The notes beneath the pieces are model-generated. The model worked only from the letters and a program-made list of their open reading frames with translations, was not told the origin of the DNA and searched no databases. From an uncultured Gammaproteobacteria bacterium (GTDB lineage Bacteria > Patescibacteriota > Patescibacteriia > 2-01-FULL-39-33): DNA of 64,000 bases. A program made the translations under genes and the position numbers. The stretch spans positions 39,684 through 103,683 of the forward strand of contig CAZLFP010000003.1 of the NCBI GenBank assembly GCA_964558935.1, read 5' to 3'. The first letter of the stretch is position 1, and every line of letters begins with the position of its first letter. This document shows positions 28,305-38,498 of this stretch, piece by piece.

Positions 28305-29996
28305 ATGACTTTATCCAGTTCCAAACTCAAATCTTTGTTGGTTGAGTCGGGTATTCTAACGCCGGCTGATTTTAAAAAAGCCGAGCAGTTGGCTAAATCA
28401 CAAAAGAAAACTCTAGCTTCAGCTTTAGTCGAGTTGGAATTGATCAAAGACGAACAACTGGGACAGTTAACGGCAGAAGAATGGGAAGTGCCATTTTTTA
28501 GCTCCAAGCGAGAAAAAATCGATGAAGAAGTTTTAAATCTGATTCCGGAGATTATGGCTCGCAGTCAAAAAGTCATTGCTTTTGACAGGACTCCTGACGC
28601 GGTTAAGGTCGCTATGGTTGATCCGGCTGATTTGGAAACCAAGCATATGATTGAAAAAAGGGTGGGTCAGGATATTGTTGTGCATTACATTACACCCTTG
28701 GATTTGGAAGAAGCTTTAACTACCTACAAGGCGGATTTAAGACAAGAGTTTCAGACGATTTTGGAAGAATTGAAAGACGAGTCATTGAGCCGAGAACAAA
28801 GAGACGGGATTGTGGTTAAAATGGTTGATGTGTTAATCGCCTATGGCTACCAAAACAGATCTTCTGATGTCCATATTGAACCCTATGCCAAAAAAATCGT
28901 GGTTCGGTTCCGAATTGACGGTATCATGCATGATGTTTTGGATATTCCCAAGCAGTTAAGCGAATATATTTTAACCAGAATTAAAATACTGGCAAAGTTA
29001 AGAACAGACGAGCATCGGGCGGCTCAAGACGGTAAGTTTCGTTTCGATACCGGCAAAGAGAAAATAGATATTCGTGTTTCCATTGTACCTGTGACTCAAG
29101 GTGAGAACGTAGTCATGCGTTTGCTGTCTTCCAGGGCCAGACAGTTTAATTTGCCTGATTTGGGCTTTTCCGACCGAGACTACAAATTGCTGTCCCAAGC
29201 GATTAAAAATCCGCATGGCATGGTGCTGGTAACCGGACCGACCGGTTCCGGTAAAACCACCACCTTGTATGCCATTTTAAAGATTTTAAATAAAAGGGAA
29301 GTTCATGTTTCCACCATTGAAGATCCGGTTGAATACGATATTGAAGGCGTGAGTCAGATTCAGGTTAATTCCAGAACCAATTTATCTTTTGCCAAAGGTT
29401 TAAGATCCATTGTACGTCAAGATCCGGATATTATCATGGTCGGTGAAATCAGAGATAAGGAAACAGCCAATATTGCGGTTAACGCCGCCATGACCGGTCA
29501 TTTGGTTTTGTCGACTTTGCACGCCAATGATACGGCCACTACCTTGCCCAGATTACTGGATATGGAAATCGAGCCTTTTTTGGTTTCTTCCACCGTCAAT
29601 ATTATTATTGCTCAAAGATTGGTTAGAAAGATTTGTCAAAACTGTCGGGTGTCATACAGCTTTAAGGAGCATGCCAAGGAACTGACAGCTCATCGTCAGC
29701 ATATAGAGAAAATATTCCAGGCGAGTGGTAAAAAGATAGAGTCAATTAGATTATACAAAGGTAAGGGTTGTAAGATTTGCGGTGGCACCGGCTATGTCGG
29801 CCGGATTGGTATTTTTGAAATCATGTTAATGAATGAAGAAATCAAAGAAATGGTCATGAAAAATGCTTCTTCCAACGAGATTATGGCTGTAGCAAAAGCC
29901 GAAGGCATGGTAACCATGTTTGAAGATGGTTTACTGAAAGTTAAACAGGGTTTGACGACCATTGAAGAAGTATTGCGGGTGGTTAAAACAGAATAA
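28305..29996 (+). CDS. Second GspE/PilB-family type IV filament assembly ATPase
   Basis: Walker A GPTGSGKTTT, Asp box EDPVEY, Walker B IIMVGEIRD, His box HLVLSTLHA and a tetracysteine motif CQNC...CKIC. All catalytic motifs are intact. Confidence 0.9.
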   Translation: MTLSSSKLKSLLVESGILTPADFKKAEQLAKSQKKTLASALVELELIKDEQLGQLTAEEWEVPFFSSKREKIDEEVLNLIPEIMARSQKVIAFDRTPDAVKVAMVDPADLETKHMIEKRVGQDIVVHYITPLDLEEALTTYKADLRQEFQTILEELKDESLSREQRDGIVVKMVDVLIAYGYQNRSSDVHIEPYAKKIVVRFRIDGIMHDVLDIPKQLSEYILTRIKILAKLRTDEHRAAQDGKFRFDTGKEKIDIRVSIVPVTQGENVVMRLLSSRARQFNLPDLGFSDRDYKLLSQAIKNPHGMVLVTGPTGSGKTTTLYAILKILNKREVHVSTIEDPVEYDIEGVSQIQVNSRTNLSFAKGLRSIVRQDPDIIMVGEIRDKETANIAVNAAMTGHLVLSTLHANDTATTLPRLLDMEIEPFLVSSTVNIIIAQRLVRKICQNCRVSYSFKEHAKELTAHRQHIEKIFQASGKKIESIRLYKGKGCKICGGTGYVGRIGIFEIMLMNEEIKEMVMKNASSNEIMAVAKAEGMVTMFEDGLLKVKQGLTTIEEVLRVVKTE

Positions 29997-30005
29997 ACAT
30001 ATATT

Positions 30006-31088
30006 ATGGCAGGTGGCAAAAGCATGTTTTCCGCAGATATTTCTATCGGCGGAGTTAATTTAACTCAAAAGGCGTTGTTTGCCAAACATTTGGCAGTCAT
30101 GCTTCGGTCCGGACTGACCATTACCGAAGCTTTGGGTATTGCGGCAGATTCTTCGACCGGTAAAATGAAGCGAGTCTCGGCCAATCTGCTTAAGTCTGTG
30201 GAAGCCGGCAATCCCTTATCTGAAGCCATGCAAAGATTCCCCAAGGTTTTTTCCGGTTTGTTTGTATCTGCTGTGTATTCGGGTGAAGAATCCGGTACTT
30301 TGGAGGAAAATTTGGAAAACATAGCGGAACAGTTGGAGAAGCAAAAAGAGCTCAGTGGCAAGATCAAGGGTGCGATGCTGTATCCCATTGTTGTCTTAGT
30401 GGCTGCCTTTATATTGGGCATGGCCATGGCTTTCTTGGTTTTACCCAAAATTGTGCCTTTGTTTGAAGGCTTGAGAGTGGAACTGCCTTTTACAACCAAA
30501 GCTTTAATTTGGTTTGCTAAAATTGTGCAAGAACAGGGCTTATGGTTGTTTGGCGGTATTATAGTCGGAGTCATCTTTTTAATCTGGTTATTTCGTCAAA
30601 AGTTTACCCGTCCCATTTCTCATGGCTTAGCTCTGCGCTTTCCGGTGGTAAAAAGCATCACTCGCAATGCTAATTTATCTGAATTCTGCCGAACTTTGGG
30701 CACCTTGCTCAAATCCGGTCTCAATATTGATGAAGCCCTGAGGATAACCGGAGAAAGCTTGAACAATTACCATTACAAACGAGCAATTAAAAGCGTTACC
30801 GGTAGGGTGTCTAAGGGGACAAAGCTGTCAGATAATCTAAAAGCGCATGGTGATTTATTTCCCAAACTGGTCACGAGAATGATTAGGGTGGGTGAAGAAT
30901 CCGGCAAATTGGATGAAACTTTAACCTATTTGGCCGATTTTTATGACACGGAAGTGGAAATTGCCACCAAAACCCTGTCCACTGCCATTGAACCTATATT
31001 GTTGATTGTGATTGGTTTAATCGTTGGTTTTTTAGCTTTGTCTATTATTACCCCTATTTACCAAATCACCGGCAGTGTTAAACGTTAA
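30006..31088 (+). CDS. Second GspF/PilC-family platform protein
   Basis: 360 aa with two GspF repeats and three TM segments. Directly follows the ATPase. Confidence 0.85.
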   Translation: MAGGKSMFSADISIGGVNLTQKALFAKHLAVMLRSGLTITEALGIAADSSTGKMKRVSANLLKSVEAGNPLSEAMQRFPKVFSGLFVSAVYSGEESGTLEENLENIAEQLEKQKELSGKIKGAMLYPIVVLVAAFILGMAMAFLVLPKIVPLFEGLRVELPFTTKALIWFAKIVQEQGLWLFGGIIVGVIFLIWLFRQKFTRPISHGLALRFPVVKSITRNANLSEFCRTLGTLLKSGLNIDEALRITGESLNNYHYKRAIKSVTGRVSKGTKLSDNLKAHGDLFPKLVTRMIRVGEESGKLDETLTYLADFYDTEVEIATKTLSTAIEPILLIVIGLIVGFLALSIITPIYQITGSVKR

Positions 31089-31533
31089 AGATATGGCTAA
31101 AGGCTTTTCCATGGTCGAACTCTTAATTGTAATCGGTATTCTACTGATTATTTTTTTAGCTGCCATCCCGGTGTATGGTAATTTTCAAGCGTTGGCCCAA
31201 TTAAACAATACCACCAGCCAAATGGTGCAGAATATTAGAACCGCTAAGGGTTTGGCTGGGGTGAGATATAATAATTCTAGGCACGGAGTTAAGTTTTTCA
31301 ACAACAGTTATACCGTGTATCAAGGAGCAACCTATGCCGGTAGAGATACGGATTATGACAGAGTTTTTGATTTGGATGATGTTTTTAATCTGACCACTAC
31401 TCTGGCTTCGGATGAGGTTAATTTTAGAAGAGGATCGGGTTTGCCGGACAATACCGGTACCATAACTCTAGTGCATGATGTAGAAGGTACTAAACAGATT
31501 ACGATCAATGAATGGGGACTGATAGAAGAATAG
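31075..31533 (+). CDS. Pseudopilin / minor pilin
   Basis: Prepilin signal MAKG^FSMVELLIVIGILLI (E at +5). An alternative start is the ATG at 31093. Confidence 0.7.
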   Translation: MLNVKDMAKGFSMVELLIVIGILLIIFLAAIPVYGNFQALAQLNNTTSQMVQNIRTAKGLAGVRYNNSRHGVKFFNNSYTVYQGATYAGRDTDYDRVFDLDDVFNLTTTLASDEVNFRRGSGLPDNTGTITLVHDVEGTKQITINEWGLIEE

Positions 31534-31598
31534 GAGTTGGGTGTTTAGAAATTAAGCCATTTAGTTTCTAAATCCTGACTCTTAATTCACAACTGCGG

Positions 31599-34500
31599 AT
31601 GAGATTTTCAGTTTTTAACAGGTTAGTTAAAAACCACAATGGACAAGGTTTGTTGGAGGTTATTTTGGCTTTGGCCATTTTTTCTTTTATTGCAGCTGCG
31701 ATGATGAGCATGGCTCTCGGCGGATTTCAAGCATTGGAAAGAGGAGGAGAACAAACAGAAGCTGAAGCTTTGGCTCAAGAAGGACTGGAGGCGGTCAAGG
31801 CCATTCAAGAAAGAGCCTGGAATGAAATGGAGTATGGAGTCAGTGCCGTCTCCAATGTTTCTTCCCAGTGGGAGTTTGTGGGAGAAGGTACGACTGAAAA
31901 TATTGGTCAGTTTACCCGAACCATTACCATCGCTGATGTCTGTCGTGACGCTTCAGATAATATTGACACCTGCCCCAGCAATTATACGGATGAACATACC
32001 AAAAGAGTGATTGTGGAAGTGACTTGGGATACTCTTCAAGGCAATATCAATACTGTGCGGCAAGAAGGCTATCTTACCAATTGGGATTCTACAGACTGGA
32101 CTCAAACCGATTGGGTGGGTGGAGACGGACAATCTATTTGGAGCGATACCACTCAGTATGACACCGGTAGTAATGTGGATGATACAATTGCCGGTCAAAT
32201 TTCTTTGGCTGCTATTTTAGGTGATGGCTGCGGTTTAAAAGTATGGCCTTTTACGACTGCCGGCAATTATACGTACGATAGTCAAGACATTGAAGTAACC
32301 GGAGGCAATGCTCAATTGGTTGGAACCGTTGTGAGTGGTTCAATACAGGATTCAGGTTTTAATAATACCTCAGACACTGATTACAATTGGCCTTTTACGA
32401 CTGCCGGCAATTATACTTATGATTCAAACAAAATAACCGTAACCGGTGGAGCGGCACAGTTGTATGAAATTTCTGAAGTATGCCAAGGTACACCGGATCC
32501 TTGTGCGGGCATTGGAGTGCAGGGTACTTGTACTTCTCAGGGGGGTTGTTCTTGGGATCCGGCGGATTGTTCCGGATCTCCAACTGCCTGCGGCAGTTTG
32601 CCGGAAGGGGATTGTTCAGCCTGTGGCTGTTCTTTAGTGCCTGGTAATTGTAGCAACAATGGTGCATGTGGAGATAATGGCGCTGAAGGAGCTTGCACTA
32701 ATTGCAGTTGTGCCACTTGCAGTTGGGATGCCACTAGTTGTCCTTATGTGGAAGCTTGGGATGGACAGAAATGGGTTAAGGAACATGAAGCTTTTCCTTA
32801 TGCAGTATTTAAATCTGTTGTTAACACAACATATGATTCTCTACCAAGTTTAGCGTGTATTGATGGACACGCTAGGGTTAGGATTTATGAGAGTTTGCCA
32901 GAAATAACATATTTACAATATTTTCAAGTCTTCGCTGCCAAACAAACAGGTGGTTATATTAAACCTGATGTTGAGGGTAGACCTAGGGTTATGAATAATT
33001 GGAATAGTCCAGATTTTTGTATTACCTCCTTGGGTCAGTCAGGTCAAGATTGTTTAAATATAATCAAGGATCATGATGAAGAATTTTTTGAACCAGAAAT
33101 AGATAAATCTAAAATAGACGAATGGATTGAGATGGAATTTAGAGATGTGAAAAACGATGAAGCTAAGCTGTACTTGGTAGCTAGAAACCAGCAATTGATA
33201 GCTATTTATTATCAGTACATAGCTCATATTTTGGGTCGTAAGCAGGCAGATCTTTTTTCTGAGGTTTCAGCTTGGCCGGGTTTCTATCAGTTGACGAATA
33301 ATTGGTGGACCAATAGTCTTAAGGTTCAGGTTGAAGTTTGGGATGGCAGTAATTGGCAAAGACAAGGAGTAATATCTGCTGGTTTTCATATGCCGGGTAG
33401 TGGAGCTGATGATTTCTTAGTTAGTTTAAAGAAGTTAGATGATTCAAACAATTTAAAGGTTAGAATTCGTTTTATGTCTGGTGCCTACGGAATTGATTAT
33501 ATTGCTCTAGATGATAGTCTTGATCAAGAACTAGATATCAAAGCAGTCAATCCTAAAGAAATATATGTTAATGGAAAATTATCTGATGATTATTTGGTTT
33601 CTATTGGATATAATGAATATGTTGAATTGGTTTATGATTGCAATCTTGATGAAGATTATTATTTTGGTATTGGTGGTTATTATAATATAGATTTTTATGA
33701 TTCTAGTCGTCAAAAAGATCCGATTTCTGCCTGGTCTGAATTAATGGATTTATTTACAGGTGGAAAAAAATACTTAATACGTACCGCAGTTGATAAAGGT
33801 TTGTATAAAAAAGATAATTGTAATCAAAACTATACCACTGCTGAATTGGCTGCTCAGGCTCAGTTAAGTCCCATTGCATACGTCATATATTTTGAAATAC
33901 TGTTAATTCTGGTTTCAGGTATACTATTTATCGTTGGATATGATAGAAGAAGGTTAGTTATTGGATTTACCATTGGCACGACAATTACCATTGTTTTGTT
34001 ATATGGTTTTACAGTTGTTATTGCCGGCGGAACATGTGGTGGCACCTTAAATTGTTCCGGGTGTAATGAAACAGCTTGTAATTTATGTGCGACATGTACC
34101 TGGAATGCAGGATCATGTAGTGGAACACCAAGTGTTTGTACTACGCATAGCACAGAAGATCAGTGCTCAGATTGCGGATGTTCATGGGATGAGGCCAATT
34201 GTTTTGGTACTTCAAGTGTTTGTTCAACGTACGCAACTGAAGGCAACTGTAACGGACAGCAAGGCTGTATTTGGTCTGGTGAGTATGCGACCACTTCTCC
34301 AAGCATATATCCAACTAGCTCATATTCTGCCCCCGGTGTTTTTAGCTGGGACAGTTTTTCGGCAACAACCACCGTTAGCGGTTCTCCATTTGTGGATGAT
34401 GAATCTTCAGAATTTAATGGTGCCAAGAGCAACACTCAGTATGACTCTGCCAATTATTGGTTGGAATTAACATCTGCGGGTCAAACTGCCGGCAGCGGTA

Positions 34501-37500
34501 CCTATACTTCACCCATCCGCAATGTCGGAGCCAATGCATCATGGGATAGTATCGCTTGGATTCCCACCATGCCTTTTGGTAAAGAACTGCCCAATGGCGG
34601 TTCGGCTGAAACAGCCTATTTAATGGGTAACGTTGATATGTCAGACAATGTACTCCTTTTGCATCTGAGTGCCACTTCCACTTCTATTATTGATTGGTCA
34701 GGCAATGGCTATAATGGAACATACAATGGAGCCTTAACTGGTCAGACTGGAAAATTGAATGGTGCTTTAGGCTTTGACGGTACAGATGATATTGTGACTT
34801 TTACGTATAATTTGAATAGTACCTTGGGTGGTACTGCCTCACTTGCATTCTGGATTAATACCACAGACACCGGTAATAACAATGTTGCTGATGCTCCGGC
34901 AGTGACCGGTGTTGAAGAGTCGGGTGGAGATGATGATGTTTTTTGGGGTTCTTTAAATGCTTCCGGTAAGTTTGTTATTCAGGCAGGTAATACAGCCGGT
35001 GCAGTTAGTAGTACGACTATTAATGACGGCAGTTGGCATCACGTTGTTATGACCAGAAACTCCACCACGGGAGAGGTTAAAATATATGTTGATGGTGTTT
35101 TAGAAGATACGGCTATCTCAGATTTGGGAGTCAAGGGCAATGCGTTCTATACGATTGGCCGTTTAACCGATACCGGATTTCCAGCTAATCATTACTATTT
35201 ACAAGGCACTTTAGATGAACTGGCCATCTTTGATACTGTGATTGATGAGGATATGGTAATGGAATTATATAAACGAGGAGCCTTGAGAATTAAGTATCAG
35301 GTAAAGTCATGTAATGATAGCGGTTGTGTCGGAGAGTCTTTTATTGGACCTGATGGTACGACCGGTGATTATTACGATGAAACAGATAATACTACCAATG
35401 GGTTGCCAAGTCTAACTTTAACCAATGTGTCAGATAATCCATACTTTCAATACCGAGCGACTTTGGAAACGGACGATACTGCTTTAACTCCAGAGCTCAG
35501 AAGTTTTACGACTAACTATACCGGAGGAGGTTTAGCTAATGTCACTTATCAGTTATCAGATGATGATGGCACTACTTGGTACTATTGGGGTGGCTCATCT
35601 TGGGATGTAGCCGGAGCGTCCAATTCAAGCACAGAAGCTACAGTTGATGCTAACATTAGTGACTTTAGTACCAGTACGGAACAAATTAAATTTAAAGCCT
35701 TTCTAAACAGTGAAGGCACTCAGAATGTTGAACTGGATAATGTCTTCCTAGGCTTTACTCCCGGTGGCTCACCTTGGACATATAGTGACTGGGATGCCGG
35801 TGGTGGAGAAGTTAATCCGGATGGAACAATAGATGCCAGCGGAGGCAATCCGGGTTCGTTTGCCAAAATAACCGTTCCCAATGGTCAAAATGATGAATTG
35901 GGTGGCTATTTTGAACAAGCTTTTACCACCACGGTAGATAATCCTTCCGGTACCGTTGATTTTGACTATAAGATGATTGCTTTTAATGCCACGGCTAATG
36001 TGTCGCAAATTAGAATATTTGTAGATACTTCATCTGGTGCACCAACTAATCAGGTAGGTAGTTCAATAGATGTGACTAGTGCTGGAAACTGGACAAGTGC
36101 CTCTCAAATAGATATTTCTTCTGACTTGGGAACTGCAGGAACATACTATTTAAAAGTTGCCTATTGGGTTGAAACTCCAGGCGGTGGCGGAGGTGGTCCT
36201 TTTGTGGTTGGTTTTGACAATGTGGATTTAAACTGGACTTTAACTACATATCCGGATGATGAACCAACGATACAGCCAACCGAATCGTATGAGGGTCCTG
36301 GTGTTAATTTCTGGTCATCTTTCTCTGAAACTGCCACCAAAGGAACAGGGGAAATCTACTACCAACTTTCAGATGACGATGGTTCCAATTGGTATTATTG
36401 GGGTGGTTCTTCATGGGTCAGTGCCGGAGCTTCGAACTATAACACGGCTAGCGTAATTAATTCCAATATTGGCACTTTTAGCACTTCAACCGAAACTATT
36501 TTATTTAAAGCTTTCTTAGACAGCGATGGCACACAACAAGTTCAATTGGATCAGGTTGCCATCTATTGTTCCAAATTATATGATTGGCCTTTTTCTACGC
36601 CGGGAGATTATACCTATGATGACCAGAAGATAGAGGTAACCGGTGGTCAAGCTCAATTGGTTGAGTCTGGAGGATATGTTATTAGATCGACTGAGTACGC
36701 AATAACAGACTATACTGGTGTTACAGGAGAAATTACACTGACCAATGATTTATCCTCCAATTATTTTGTTATGGTTAAAGGTAGTGATGGTGATGGTACT
36801 GATACTGGTAATAGGGGTCCAGATGAAAACTATTTTGCTTTAACTTCAGATCCGTTTGGCACCGGAGATTTAGCTGTCACAGGAGAAAATAATACACTAG
36901 GCTTCACTCGCGGAGGTAATGTAGACGGCTGGACCGGTGTGATTACAGTCGTGGAGTGTTTAAATAATTGTTCATCAGATGGTTTTGAACTGTTAGATGT
37001 GGCCAGGGTGACCCACAGTGGAACAACTTTAACCGGTACAGACACTTTTACTAGCGGTTGGGGATCGGATATAGACCAGGTCATGTTATTTGGCGGATAT
37101 GATGGAGCAGGCTGTAATACCGCAGATACAGATAATTCAGATCATAAGGTCTGTCATGCTCGCATTTGGCCGTCAGGAACTAACACTATTAATTGGCAGA
37201 GAAACGATACGGATGTCAGCAGCATGACAACTGCCTATTCAACTGTTATGGCTTTAAAGTGGGGTAGTAATTGGACAGTTCAAAGAGTCACAGTTTCCGG
37301 CAGTGCCGGTGGTGCTGGTGCTAATGCCACCGGTGAGTACAATACTGCTACAATTAATTCTGTAGCTAGAGATAATACCTGGGTATGGGGAACTGGTTGG
37401 ACTAATGACCAGGGTATTGGCGATGCGTCCGAGGGTACCTTAATCACTCTTGGTGATGGAGTTAATCAAAATACCAATGAAACCAGTGTTGCAGTTGGTC

Positions 37501-38498
37501 AGGAGTATTCAGATACCAGAGAATTTGAAGTTTATGCTTTGACCCATGATGATATTTCTGTGGATTATCGGTTTAAAGCAGATGGCAATGGTGCAGATTT
37601 AACTTATGATCAAACTGTTGATACAGCTGCCAGTTCTACAGCTAGAATGGCTTTGGGGTATAATACCTGTAATGGTACTGGTGATGCTTATCCTCGTCCC
37701 ATTTTTTCAGCCAGATATACTTCAAATACCAATATTCAACTACTCAGAAATCGTTGGAATCAAGCTTTTGTGGCCTGGACCCAGAGTATTGATTTCTCCG
37801 GTATTAATAAGCCAATTACCTATCCCTCGGATGATCCGACCATCCAACCCAGTGCTTTCTATAATCTAGGAGGTGTAAGTGAGTTAACTGCTTTTGAGGA
37901 AACAGCCAATAAAGATGGGGGAGAGATATATTATCAGTTATCCAATAATAACGGAGCCACCTGGTTATACTGGGGAGGATCAAATTGGACCACAGCTGGG
38001 GCTTCAGACTATAATACAGCCAGTGTGGTCAATACTAATATTGGAAGTTTTCCCACTTCAACCACTCAATTCCTATTCAAAGCTTTCTTGAGTGGTAATG
38101 GTTCTCAACAAGTGGCTTTAGATAATGTTAGAATCTTTTGGGGTGAAGATGCCGGAGGTGGAGGTTCAGTCGGTTATGAGACCAGTGGTTTTTTGGTGTC
38201 TTCAGCCTTGGACATGGGAGACGCATCTCCGGTGCAAGTCATTGAATGGAGCGAAGACAGACCGGCTGATACTGAAATCAAGCTACAAGTTAGAACTGCA
38301 CCGGACAGTGGTGGCAGTCCCGGTACTTGGACAGATTGGTTTGGAGAAACAGGATCTGGTACTTTTTTTACAACCACCAGTCCTACCTTAATACCAACCA
38401 CCATTAATGCTAACCAGTGGTTGCAGTACAGAGCCGAATTAAGTGGAGATGGCACGGTAACTCCTGTGTTATATGATATAAATCTTAATTACAAATAA
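31599..38498 (+). CDS. Giant (2,299-aa) modular pseudopilin-like surface protein: prepilin-type N-terminus, Cys-rich modules, an AT-rich insert with a TM hairpin, a LamG/ConA-like lectin domain and triplicated ~100-aa repeats
   Basis: A single uninterrupted ORF. The N-terminus NG^QGLLEVILALAIFSFIAAAMMSMAL has E at +5 followed by a hydrophobic alpha1 helix. A LamG-type motif set spans ~34870-35350 (LAFWINT...SWHHVVMTRN...IYVDGVL...LDELAIFDTV). Three YYQLSDDDG.WYYWGGSSW...FKAFL...G.Q.V.LD.V repeats. Embedded in the second filament locus. Confidence 0.85.
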   Translation: MRFSVFNRLVKNHNGQGLLEVILALAIFSFIAAAMMSMALGGFQALERGGEQTEAEALAQEGLEAVKAIQERAWNEMEYGVSAVSNVSSQWEFVGEGTTENIGQFTRTITIADVCRDASDNIDTCPSNYTDEHTKRVIVEVTWDTLQGNINTVRQEGYLTNWDSTDWTQTDWVGGDGQSIWSDTTQYDTGSNVDDTIAGQISLAAILGDGCGLKVWPFTTAGNYTYDSQDIEVTGGNAQLVGTVVSGSIQDSGFNNTSDTDYNWPFTTAGNYTYDSNKITVTGGAAQLYEISEVCQGTPDPCAGIGVQGTCTSQGGCSWDPADCSGSPTACGSLPEGDCSACGCSLVPGNCSNNGACGDNGAEGACTNCSCATCSWDATSCPYVEAWDGQKWVKEHEAFPYAVFKSVVNTTYDSLPSLACIDGHARVRIYESLPEITYLQYFQVFAAKQTGGYIKPDVEGRPRVMNNWNSPDFCITSLGQSGQDCLNIIKDHDEEFFEPEIDKSKIDEWIEMEFRDVKNDEAKLYLVARNQQLIAIYYQYIAHILGRKQADLFSEVSAWPGFYQLTNNWWTNSLKVQVEVWDGSNWQRQGVISAGFHMPGSGADDFLVSLKKLDDSNNLKVRIRFMSGAYGIDYIALDDSLDQELDIKAVNPKEIYVNGKLSDDYLVSIGYNEYVELVYDCNLDEDYYFGIGGYYNIDFYDSSRQKDPISAWSELMDLFTGGKKYLIRTAVDKGLYKKDNCNQNYTTAELAAQAQLSPIAYVIYFEILLILVSGILFIVGYDRRRLVIGFTIGTTITIVLLYGFTVVIAGGTCGGTLNCSGCNETACNLCATCTWNAGSCSGTPSVCTTHSTEDQCSDCGCSWDEANCFGTSSVCSTYATEGNCNGQQGCIWSGEYATTSPSIYPTSSYSAPGVFSWDSFSATTTVSGSPFVDDESSEFNGAKSNTQYDSANYWLELTSAGQTAGSGTYTSPIRNVGANASWDSIAWIPTMPFGKELPNGGSAETAYLMGNVDMSDNVLLLHLSATSTSIIDWSGNGYNGTYNGALTGQTGKLNGALGFDGTDDIVTFTYNLNSTLGGTASLAFWINTTDTGNNNVADAPAVTGVEESGGDDDVFWGSLNASGKFVIQAGNTAGAVSSTTINDGSWHHVVMTRNSTTGEVKIYVDGVLEDTAISDLGVKGNAFYTIGRLTDTGFPANHYYLQGTLDELAIFDTVIDEDMVMELYKRGALRIKYQVKSCNDSGCVGESFIGPDGTTGDYYDETDNTTNGLPSLTLTNVSDNPYFQYRATLETDDTALTPELRSFTTNYTGGGLANVTYQLSDDDGTTWYYWGGSSWDVAGASNSSTEATVDANISDFSTSTEQIKFKAFLNSEGTQNVELDNVFLGFTPGGSPWTYSDWDAGGGEVNPDGTIDASGGNPGSFAKITVPNGQNDELGGYFEQAFTTTVDNPSGTVDFDYKMIAFNATANVSQIRIFVDTSSGAPTNQVGSSIDVTSAGNWTSASQIDISSDLGTAGTYYLKVAYWVETPGGGGGGPFVVGFDNVDLNWTLTTYPDDEPTIQPTESYEGPGVNFWSSFSETATKGTGEIYYQLSDDDGSNWYYWGGSSWVSAGASNYNTASVINSNIGTFSTSTETILFKAFLDSDGTQQVQLDQVAIYCSKLYDWPFSTPGDYTYDDQKIEVTGGQAQLVESGGYVIRSTEYAITDYTGVTGEITLTNDLSSNYFVMVKGSDGDGTDTGNRGPDENYFALTSDPFGTGDLAVTGENNTLGFTRGGNVDGWTGVITVVECLNNCSSDGFELLDVARVTHSGTTLTGTDTFTSGWGSDIDQVMLFGGYDGAGCNTADTDNSDHKVCHARIWPSGTNTINWQRNDTDVSSMTTAYSTVMALKWGSNWTVQRVTVSGSAGGAGANATGEYNTATINSVARDNTWVWGTGWTNDQGIGDASEGTLITLGDGVNQNTNETSVAVGQEYSDTREFEVYALTHDDISVDYRFKADGNGADLTYDQTVDTAASSTARMALGYNTCNGTGDAYPRPIFSARYTSNTNIQLLRNRWNQAFVAWTQSIDFSGINKPITYPSDDPTIQPSAFYNLGGVSELTAFEETANKDGGEIYYQLSNNNGATWLYWGGSNWTTAGASDYNTASVVNTNIGSFPTSTTQFLFKAFLSGNGSQQVALDNVRIFWGEDAGGGGSVGYETSGFLVSSALDMGDASPVQVIEWSEDRPADTEIKLQVRTAPDSGGSPGTWTDWFGETGSGTFFTTTSPTLIPTTINANQWLQYRAELSGDGTVTPVLYDINLNYK

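Noticed and set aside
32760-34020. Intein or inserted IS element as an explanation for the AT-rich segment in the giant gene
   Set aside because: The frame is continuous with no terminal inverted repeats or transposase. The C-terminal junction (…IAGG/TCGG…) lacks the His-Asn plus Cys/Ser/Thr intein signature. It is interpreted as an in-frame domain cassette of foreign composition.
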